From Hypanus sabinus (taxonomy: Eukaryota), in NCBI RefSeq assembly GCF_030144855.1, contig NC_082707.1, forward strand, positions 196,664,001 through 196,728,000: DNA of 64,000 nt, given 5' to 3'. Below, piece by piece: positions 12,701 to 24,700 of the stretch. The position numbers and the translations under genes were made by a program. The notes below the pieces were generated by a model, which saw only the letters and a program-made list of their open reading frames with translations, did not search any database and was not told where the DNA came from. Position 1 is the stretch's first letter; every line of letters begins with the position of its first letter.

Positions 12701-15700
12701 GGGCTTAACTTAACCTTTCATCCATTCTGCAACTGCCCATTGACTATTCAATTTCTGACCATTTTCATTAATCTATTCTGACGCACTTTATAAAAAAAAA
12801 GTCCTTTGAAAATCTTCTGAATTTACATCTACTGCATTGATGGAGACACTGTTGACTCTAGATACCTCTTCAAAAGAAAGATAAGTAAGGTTGGTCAAGA
12901 AAGACTTTTGCCTATGATAACTTTGCTGACTAATTATTACATTATCTGTCATTACACCTTTCTACATATTCTATTCACCCCTTTAAGAGGGATTCCATAC
13001 TGTTCAGTGGAAGCTTTATTGACAGGATGGATCTGTACAGTAGAGACTCACAGAGGTAAGGAGTGGGATCCATGCATTCAATGACATATTGAATCACATC
13101 TAAATGCAAAGGCCATGATTATAAAATAGGCAGTGTGGCTGACAGGAAAATATGAATTGATTGATTAGTTGGTCATGAGGTGGTAAATGGACCTAATCCA
13201 AAAATATAAGAGATAATCCACAGAGGTAAACAAAGTGTGATAATATATAGTAAATGTGAGGACAGCATGTATAGAGAATCAGGGAATGTTAGAAATTGTG
13301 ACAACAGATGCTTAAAATGTGTGATGGGTAGCTAAGTTATTAAGGTAGCTCCTCGTGTTTTAGACAGTAAAGGCACAAAATACAAAAAGAGAAGCGTGAT
13401 ACCAGAAATGCATAAAATACTAACTACACTCAGATGGATTAATAAATCAGATTTGGTTATATCACATGAAGGATTTGATAACACCAGAGGGTGCTAGTGT
13501 TGCCAGTGCTGAGGAATTAGTTATGAGAGGCCGACGACACCATGGGAACTTCCATTGGAATAAGGACACAGAGACATTTTAATTGAGTTGTACAAAATAA
13601 TGAGCCACTCAGACAGGATGTAAATTACAGACCCATTTTCCCTTAGGGAATAGTGTTGAGGAAAGTCTTTCATACACAAGAAGCGGTGTGGGTATGGAAT
13701 GTGCTACCCAAAAGGATAGTGTGAAAGAAAACCATCAGTTTGAAAGGGTACTTGGATGAGCTATTGAAGTACAATCAGGGCTATAGGCTGAGAGCAAGGG
13801 AGTTGGAAAATCTAAATACTTCTATTTTTGGTTGTCATGAACATAAAAGAACGTCTTTTTGTTAAGTCTCTCTTTTTTTTTAATTGAGTTTATATCTCAC
13901 ATAAAAATAACATCCTGAATGATAAATGAAGGTGCGACTATGAAGATAATTATACTCCAAAAGTACAATACCTATTGTCTTGCCATCTTCCTTTGGAGAA
14001 GCAACCTAACAGAGGAAGAGAACAAACAAAAATTCTTAGATTCAACATACCACTGAATTGCCTGTCAAAGAATAGAAACAGTTCGATCACCTTCTGGGTA
14101 AAAACAGAAGAATTAAGTCACAAGTTACACTTGGTCAGTTGCTATATTTCATTAGGAGTCTGAGGAGATTTGGTATGTCTCCAAAGCCGCTCGTAATTTC
14201 TACAGATGTACCGTGGAGAGCATTCTAACTAGCTACATCACCATCCAGTATGGCAGGGTGGGACACTGCACAGGACTGAAATAAACTACAGTAAGTTGTG
14301 AACCCAATCAGCTCCATCATAGCCACTAGCACATCTGCCTCAGCATCCAGGACATGCTACAACAAGGGAGGAGATACAAGAGCCTGAAGGCACACTCTCA
14401 ATGATTCAGGAACAGCTTCTTCCCCTCTGTCATCAGATTTCTGAATGGACATTGAACTGAAAGTAGTGACTCCACATTTACAACATTTCACTCACCGCAG
14501 CTCGTTTGATCTGTCGAGGTGGTGTCGACTGAGGCGAAAGTTTCTTGGTCTGTTGCACCTGTACTGGTGGTAGTGGTTGCTCTAAGCTCGGAATGGCTGC
14601 TAACTGGTGCTGGGGGGCCTGGGGCATCTGCTGTTGACCCTGGGAATAGAGGTCCAGTATCTGATGGCAAATATCTGCACAAGATCAAAAGCCAAACATC
14701 ATTTGCTGTAACTTGATTAAAACAGCAGACAGGTCTGAAATACATCAGTCAATAATATAGCTGGTGTAAGCAAACCAAGTCCTAGCTTAGAAAATCAGGC
14801 ACTGCATGTTTAACAAAATATTAAGGATCTAATCCTGGTATCCAATACATTTCTAAAAATCCTCAGAGAAACATTATTTAAAATCTAGTTTGTACTACAA
14901 CAGGTTCAGAAAAGGGTAAAACAGCTCTAAGACAGTCTTAAGCAACTGCAGGGGTGGTGGAATGGCTGTAAAATTAATTACCCTTTGGAAACCTGCTGAG
15001 AAAACACTAGGTATTCAATCAGATATAGAAAAAATGTATGGTGAGCCTGATGCAGTTTGCACCTATTCAAGGAAATTTCTTCTTCTATGAAAATGATCAT
15101 TAATGCTCTAGTAAAGGAGTTCCCAACCTGGAGTCCGTGGCATAAAAAAGGTTGGGAACCTCTGCTTTAGTATATTCCAATAGATGTTCTTTCTCTAGCC
15201 CACTGATAATGATTGCAGGGATCCCAGCCAAAACTTGTACTGTCCTTGCTTCAGCAATCACACATGCATTTTCCAGTAGTTTGTCACTTGCTAACAGTCC
15301 CCTACACTTTACTGGTTGGAAGGCACCCTAGCCAAGGAAGTTACAGGGTTATAAAAGACACGATAATCATTATCACCACTTTTATCCTTAACAGAAAGGC
15401 TGAAGGCAATGTATCAGTACTAAGAGAGCAATTGCAATGAATCAACAGAGGCCCAGTATGTGATTCAATCAAATGAATTAACTGGGAACTATACACACAT
15501 TTTACAACAAATTCCATTTTATTAGATGTTTAGCAAAACTAAAGATATGACTACACTCAATTGGTTAACCCCATGACTTCAATTCTTGCACAAAGGGGTA
15601 GATAGTCACTGTTTAAAAAAACAGCAAAAGTTTGCTTCCAAGAATTAGTGCTATCTCAATAATTATACTAACAAGGAACATTAGGAATTCACATTTTTAT

Positions 15701-18700
15701 CTTAGTTTTTATTCATTTAGTTAATTTACGGTGTCCTTTTTTTGCTGCAACAAAATATTTAACAAAATAATCACTTGTGCTCTAGGATAATATAACTTTG
15801 AACTTTATTGGTTAAATTATACATAGGTTAAAATACATCTTAGGTTAGATACATGCTTACTTTAAAAAATGATACCATTTTCTTAGTGCTTTTAGACTAA
15901 ACAAAATCAAATAAAAATCTTTAGAGAGCTTCTGGAGTGCAACTAAAGGGATTGTTTTTTGTGGAAAAACTAACTGAGACACAATGGGCTGCAAGACATG
16001 ATAACTTTATGATCTTGTGACTGTAAACTGTACCTTCCAGTAATTCAACAGGCACATCCTGTACAAACTGCTCCCACCATCGCCTGTAAATTGGCTTGGC
16101 CGACCACTCCTGGATCTCAAATTTACACAGCCTGCCAGCTAGGTACATCACAGCCACTGCAATAATCTCAGGCTCCCACTGAAGACATAGCATAGTGCAC
16201 AAACTGAAAGAAAAAAATTTACATGTTGTTAAAGGAGCTATCGCAAAGCAGCGTATGAAAAACAAATCCAAAGCCAACATAATGAATTTATCCTTTTAAT
16301 GTATGATCAGCCTTTCATGGCTATGTTAAGAACAGTACACTTCAGAAGATTGCTTACCTGTCATTTACAAAGGTCCAGGCCATTTGCACCAGCTTTTGAA
16401 GTTTGTTTTTATCACCTGCAGAAAGAGAAAATTGGACTAACATTATGTGTAACCTCTAAGCTCAAAACCTATGAATCAAGAAGAAAATAAGTTAGATTTA
16501 AGCTTAGAGTTTAGCTACTGCAATGCAAAATAAATTAGTACTTTAGTGCAACAATCTGCTATTTCCACATCAGCTTTGAAAAACATACATCTCAGGAAGT
16601 TCTTCCCCTTTACAAGTCATTAATTTACATGAAGTTTCACTTCATCTAGGTTTCTGAACATGGCCCATGATTGATCTGAAGTGTCCATATCCATGACTCA
16701 GTAACTCATGTAGCCCCCAGTCATATCCATAAAATTCAAATCGTTGTCCTTATTAAACCCAAGTTTGTGATGTCATGACCATAAGGAAAAGTAGAAGAAT
16801 TAGGACATTTGGCACTTTTAAGTCTTCATCATTTCATCGTGGCTGATCTATTATCCCCTCAATCCCATTCTTCAGCTTTCTCCCCGTAATCTTTGACTTT
16901 GACATCCTTACTAATCAAGAACCTAACAAACTTTGCTTTAAATATATCCTATGACTTGGCTACCAGATATCGGTTGCAATGAATTCCACAGATTTGCCAC
17001 CGTCTGCCAAAAGAAATTCATCATTTTTATTCCTAATGGATGTCCTTCTATCCTAAAACTGTACCCTCTGGTCCAAGACTTCCCCACTATAGGAAACATC
17101 CTCTCCATATCCACTCTATCAAGACTTTTCAGTACTTGACAAGTTTCAATGAGATTGCCCCTTATTTTTCTCAACTTAAGTGAGTATAGGCACAGCATCA
17201 AACACTCCTCAAATGTTAATATTTTCATTCCCAGGATCATTATCATGAACTTCTCTAATACCAGCAGCAAATCCTTTTAGATAAGGGGCCCAAAACTGCT
17301 CACAGTACTCCAAGTGCAATGCCTTAGAAAGTCTTAGCATTACACCATCTTCCTTGGGCACCATCATCTTTAATGCCAGAAAATTCAAATAGACCAAATG
17401 AGTAAACAATACCAAAAAAACAGAATAACCCTAACCCCTCTTCATCATACTGTGGCTTTCAAAGCAAGATTATTAGAACTCAGTGGTCACATGTGGCTCT
17501 GAGACTCTAAACTGGACACTTCTTTCATATAACTCAAACAAGTTACATACGATTGTTAAGACTGTGCATAACATATATTTTACATAATATACTGTAGCAG
17601 TTCATGCTTCAAGTTTAGATCCCGTAAATGCCCCCAAAACACTGCACTGCATACATGTAAATGTACCACATTAGTTTACTATCAAAGCCAGGAATACACA
17701 CGTGTAAAGAAGAAAACTGCTTTTGTATCCTTGGTATGTGACCCATATGTTTCAAGTAGGAGAAACTGTTCTGACCATCAAATCAAACTCTAAGAATTTT
17801 ATATCTTTCAATTAATCTTGATGCGAATAATTGGTGTCTGGCTATGAATCATAGCTAAACAAAACTATACATTTGGTAAACAAAAAAAAAAAAAGATGTG
17901 AACGCCCTGTGAAATATACCCCAGCAAAAATCAAACCTTAAGAGGAGGTACTGTCAATTTCGTAAGTTTTTTACTCTGAAAAACTTTGTTCTTGATAGCC
18001 CTATTTTACTTAATTTTTTTTTCAAACCTTCTTTGACAGATCAAGCTTTTAGCATATGGAAAAGGAAAGGTATAAAATGTTTTTGTGATTTTTTTTTGAA
18101 GGTAGTTTGATGTCTTTCGACCAACTTTCCAACAAATTTAAGTTACCTAAATCTAATTTTTTTTAGATATTTACAAATCAGAAATTTTTTACATAAAGTT
18201 CTACCATCTTTCCCCAATTCAACTTCAATGGATTTCTCAGATTTGATTTTTACCTTAAATCCTTGTCAGAAGGGATTAATGGCTTTTATTTATAATATGA
18301 TTATGAAGATACAACCAGAAATATCAGGTAGAATTAAACAAGAATGGGAAAAAGAACTTCAATATAATATATCAACAGAAAAATGGGAAAAAATTTTACA
18401 AATGGTTAATTCTTCTATATGTGCTAAACATGCTTTAATACAATTTAAAATTGTACATAGAGCTCATATGTCTAAAGATAAGCTTGCTCGATTCTATTCT
18501 CATATTAACCCTCAATGTGACAGATGTCATTCAGATATGGCTTCATTGACCCACATGTTTTGGTCATGTCCCATTTTATATAACTATTGGAAAGACATAT
18601 TTGCTACTATTTCCTCAATTTGGAATATCGATTTACAACCTCATTTTATTACTGCAATTTTTGGTATACCAAATGAGGATGGTAATCAGTTTTCCCCTTC

Positions 18701-21700
18701 AATTAGATGAATGATTGCCTTTGTAACATTAATGGCCAGAAGGTCTATATTACAAAATTGGAAAGAAGTAAATCCTCCTACCACGTTTCAGTGGTTCTCT
18801 CAAACTATTTCTTATCTGAGCTTGGAAAAAATTAGAAGCACTATTTTTGACTCATCAATTAAATTTGAAGAAACTTAGGGACCGTTCATTCGACATTTTC
18901 ATATGAATTAATTTGGCCTCTTCCAGACCTTCTCTCTGTTTATTCTTGTTCAGGTATGGAGTTCCGGAGTTTTTGACACTATCATATACATATAAACTGT
19001 TATTATTGCCCATGTTAGTTTAGTTTAGTGTTTTTTTTTCTCAATATATATTTTTTCTTGTATTTTTAATTTTTTTTCTTTTGATGATTATTTTTATTTT
19101 TTTCATATATAATTATTATAGGCTTGATTGATTAATGTACTATTTTTTTGTTGATATTTTAATAGGATATTGTTATCTTATTATTAATGTAATTTCAAGT
19201 CTATTGCACTTATAACCTATTCATTATTATGTTATGTTTTTTTTATATATGAAACTCAATAAAAAGATTGAAAAAGAAAAAGAGGAGGTACTGTGAAAAG
19301 AGGGACAAGCTATTTTAAATGAAAATGTAATTAAATATCTGCAGGTCAATCAACTCCATGTTGAATGGATGAAACCAAAAAAGGAGACTAATGTAGTTTA
19401 TAATTGCCATGTACCAAATACAAATCTCATTAATTCATGATTTCAGAAGAATAGGAGGTGATCTTACAGAACTATATTCTGCAGGGGCATGGCAAGATAG
19501 ATTGAGATATTTTCTTCTTGGAGAGTGTCAAATAAAGGAATATGCATACAATAAAAGGGGCAAACATTTAAAACTAAAGTGCATAGGAATTTCTTCATGC
19601 AGAAGGTGAACTTGTAACACAGAAGGTTGTGGGAAGTTTTTCCATCCAGAGGTAGCCATCATAAAGCCAAAACAGATCCACCAGTATCCTCCCAGTTTAA
19701 ACCCACCACCATCTACTCCAGCCTTGTGACAGAAGCCCATCTATCCTAGCATTGCAGCATCACACGAAGTCCATAAAATGTGAACTTGAGATCAAATCTG
19801 AACTACTTTGATTTCTGTGCCTCGACATCTTATTGGTGCATTTACAAGACAGTGACAGCTGCTAGGTCAATAAAAGGATGTGACCTCATCCATCAGGAAT
19901 TAAAAGTTTAGCCTCCCATATTACTAATACATATTCAGATATAGAGTAGTAACCAAGTAAGCCATTGTTTTCAGTGTGAACATCTCATAGATTACACAAA
20001 ACAGGCTGGTCTTCAGCATCACCATGCACAAATCAAACAAATCCATACAATGAAAAGTCAGCACATTGATTTCAAGACTACAATCTCATTATAAGGATCC
20101 AGATGGTCAATTTATTTCTCAAATGTTGTGGTTTACCACATTATAAACTTTAAGTACATAATTACCTTGTAATCATATGGTAAAAATTGAGCCCTAAAGT
20201 GACTTTTGATTCTCTTTATTTTAATTGCTATTAATGCTTAACATCAAAAACCTTTTCTTAGTCCTTATTTTCAGTATACATATTTGAAACATGTAACCAC
20301 CTGAGTTGTTTTGCTTGAAGTATGTGCTCACGTTGCTAAGCCATGCAGTGTTAAAGCAACAAACAGAAGCAAAAAAGATTTAAGACTGCACATTCTCAGC
20401 ATAAACATGCAATTCCAGTACCTTTTAGTTGCTTAGCATACTTAAGCAAGAATTGATAGGGATGTTCGACCTGCAAGTCAAATTTAATTGTCTGTAGCAG
20501 TATTCTCTCCAGAACCATGACTTCCTCCTAATTCAAAAACAAGGAAAATATTTTTTAAAACGTGTGCAAAGAGGTCAATACACTCAAATTTCCATCTGGC
20601 TCAGATGACCCAATTTTTCAAAACCAAATGTAGTGTAATAACAATTAAAATCATTTAACTGAAATAGTACCACTATTTTTTGTACACCGCTGATGTTTCC
20701 TGACCCAACTAAACATTTCAGTATCAAAGTTTGGATTAGATTCAGTGGAAAATATTGTTCAGTTGTCTAGAAACTCTTTTAGAGCAAATTCCCAAATTAA
20801 ATTGCTCTAATGTAGGACCCAATTACTGGACAAAGAAAATAATCATCGTCTTGGTGGTGCACATGCAGTTGAACCTACACAGAGATAAAGGAAAGTTACA
20901 TTAATTAACTGGCATATTTAAGCTTGTTTTATTAGGGCTACTGCTTTGCCTTTCTCTGGCCCATGACCACTTAAAGTGAAGAAGCATTCCTGATGGAACA
21001 CAAGAATCTCAAGAACAAGAACATTCAAAGGAGCAAAAGAGTGGACAACATCGCAAACTACCCACCCAACTGGTCCCACGTCATCTGCCTCACAAATCGG
21101 GGAGTACGTAGTTCTCAAAACTCTCAAAACTGGAGTGGAAGCAAGTTATTCAGAACCCCAAAGATCTGCCCAAGAAGAGTACAAGTGATTGCAGAATAAT
21201 GCAACCACCAAGACCTAAATCACATTACAGTGGTTTCTTCCTCCTAATTCTTTCTATCTATTGTGCCTTCCTACTCTTGATACACAGAAAATGAAAGAGC
21301 AGCAGTTTACAAATCAGACTAAAACAGTATTGGGGCTCCATATTGAACTTTATGTACATCACAACAAGTTCATGTAAATACTACAAGTATGGTGATGAAA
21401 TGCTTTGAGAGATTGGCCTCAGCAAGAACTTGGACACACTGCAATTTGATTATGGACAAAATAGTTCTACTATGGCAGACACAATTTCAATGGGTCTTTG
21501 TGCAGCCTTAGATCACCTGGACAAGACAAACATTGATTATGAACAGTAAAACACCATAATTCTTACAGTGCTTATTGAAACGCAACAGAACCTGGGCCTC
21601 TGTATCTCCCTCTGCAATTGGATCCTCGACTTCCTAACCAGAAAAGCATAATGTCTCCTCCTCAATGATGATCAACACTGGCACACCTCAGGGATGTGTG

Positions 21701-24700
21701 CTTAGCCCAATACTCTACTTTCTCTATATCCATGACTTTGTGGCTAAGCGCAGCTCAAAAGCCATCTCTAAATTTGCTGATGATATAATCATTGTCGGCA
21801 TAATCTCAGATGGAGACGGGAAAGTGTACAGGAATGAGATATACTATCCAGTTGAATGGTGCAGCAGCAACAACCCTGCATTCAATGTCAGTAAGACCAA
21901 ATTGCTGATTGTGGACTTGAGAAAGGGTACGACAAAGGAATCAATTCTCATAGATGGATCAGAGGTGGAGAGAGTGAGCAATTTCAAGTTCCTGGGTGTC
22001 AACATTGGAGGATCTCAACATATTGATGCAGCTACAAAGAGAGCAAGACATTGGCTATATTACATTAGGAGCTTGAGGACATTTGGCTTGTCACCTGAAA
22101 CACCCGAAAACTTCTACGGATGCACTGTGGAGAGCATTCAGACAGGCTGCATCACTGTCTGGTATTGGGGTGGGGTGGGGGGGAGCAGGGTTGCAGGGTT
22201 ACGGCACAGAATCCAAAGAAGCTACAGAAATTTGTAAAATTAGTCACTTCCATCATGGTTACTAGCCTCCATAGTATCCAAGCCACACAGAATAAGCCTT
22301 TTTCCCATTGTTACCGTCAGGAAGGAGGTACAGAAGCTTGAAAGCACACACTCAGTGATTCAGGAACAGCTTCTTCTCCTCTGCCATCCAATTTCTGAAT
22401 GGACATTGAACCCATGAACACTAACTCAGATTTTTAAAAAAATGTTATTTCTGTTTTTGCAACATTTTTAACTTTAATATGCATATATACTTAGTGCAAT
22501 TGATTTTTTTCTATATTTATCATGTATTGCAATGTACTGCTGCTGCTACGTTAACAAGTTTCACTTCATATGCTGATGATATTAAACTTAATCGGTACTA
22601 AAGAAACTGGTCTATTGCTGAAAACAAAAATAAAGTTCACATTCTTCAAACTATAAAATCATATTAACCAATCAAAACCAAGGAAATATTTTCCCCAGCT
22701 CTTAACACATGTGTGGGAGGGAATAGAGGAAAAACATGTAATACAATGCAATACTACCACAGAAAGATAACACAAAAGATTTTTATGATGACAAGTTTTT
22801 TTTTGCCCACAGGGAAATGCAGATGTCCTTAAAGTACATTAAAAATTAATACCAACCTTGGGGTCGTCTCCAAATTGGGAAAACTGCACATCATTCAGCA
22901 AGCTTCGAGCAGTTTTTATGATATCTTTACACTTTTTGGGAGTTTCTTCTACTTTTCCAGCCAGAAAGAGGCAACAGCCTCCTGTGACCTACATTAATGA
23001 AAAGATAAGTTAGGAATATACTGGTATACCACATCGGCTGTGGTGAGCAAAAACCTGATACCAACACTATCATAACTTGTAAATAACTTCAATGACAGGA
23101 CGTCTTATCAACAGGAGCCAACCATATGTATATGATGAAAACACTACACCAGCCTTTGAGAGAGCTCTTTTAAAATCAAAACCAGACTTTGAATATCCCT
23201 GCAAACGGAAGAAGTGCTATACCTGCCCCCACACTTCTTCCCTCACCACCATCCCAGGCCCCGGACAGTCCTTTCATGTGAGGCACCACTTCACCTGTGA
23301 GTCAACTGGAGTGGTATACTATATCCAGTGCTTCCAATGTGACCATTTATACATTGGGGAGTCCCGCTGCAGACTGGGAGACCTTTTCGCCGAACACCAG
23401 TGCTCGGTTCTCCAGCAGTGGCGGGATCTCCCTGTGGCCACACACTTCAATTACACAGACCACTCCCACTCCGACATGTCTGTCCATGGCCTCCTCTACC
23501 GTCAAGATGAGACCACACACAGGTCGATGGAGCAATATCTTATCTCCCGCCTAGGAAGCCTCCTTCCTGCTGGCATGAATGTTCAACTCACTGACCTCCG
23601 TTGATACCCCTGCCCCCCACCCTTACCCTCATCCCTATCTATTATTTTAGTCTGGTTCTCCTTCTCTCTCTTCCCCCCCCTCACTATAATCTCTCCCCCA
23701 GGCCTACCTTTCTTTCTCTTTTATTTCCCATAATTCTCCACCTTCCCCCCAGCCCATTTCCCTCCAGCCTATCCCTTCCCAGCTCTCTACTTTATCCCTC
23801 CCCCCCACTTCTTATCCCCCCTCGACCATCCCATGTTACTTCACTCCTGATGAAGGGTTTCGGCCCGAAACGTTGTTATTACCTCCTCCCATAGATGCTG
23901 TCTGGCCTGCTGAGTTCTGCCAGCATTTTGTATTTTTTATTTAGACTTTGAATACAATGTGTTTCCTTATTTTTTTGGCATGTTATTCCTTTTGCTGAAT
24001 GAGTAGCTGGTTATGAATGTTGCTCTACATCAGGCCTCTTAAAAACTAGAGAAGCGAATAGAGCATTTCCTCCTCATGGCATAGTGCTTAGTCTATCTGG
24101 TGTCAATACTTTTAACATTCAGTTCAATGGAAAAATTCACTCGAAAACTACAAAATATGATAATGTAGACAGTACTTCAACCACCATGTTTTGTGCTAAT
24201 AAAGATAGAGCTTGGCAGTATTGGAAGTCAAGAACAAACTCACACTGCTGAGATCCAGATATAGTATAACTATATTTGCATAAGGGACAAAATACTCCAG
24301 AGCACAGTCATCAGAAATTCAGATTAAGATTTGTTTAAAATATACAAGCAACATTGTCCTGATATTTATCCTAATCTCAGCATTAAATCATTACAGGTGT
24401 AACACTTACCCAACAGGCTGCTATATGTCTAGGGGAAAATGAGATCCAGCCACTCAACAACCCCACTTCCCGTACATGCAGGTGCTGTGGGAATCAAGTT
24501 TATGCCTCGCGCATGCACACAGTATCAAATTCACACTAGATACCTTTATGAAATACACTTTAAAGATTTTACTAAAACTAAAACAGTACTAGGCAATACA
24601 ATATATATGAAAGAAAAGAAAAAGCAAAAGGCGCCAACTTGTCAAAGTTCAGTCAGTTTAGTGCACATCGTTGGAGCTCAACCATCGAACCATTCGACCC

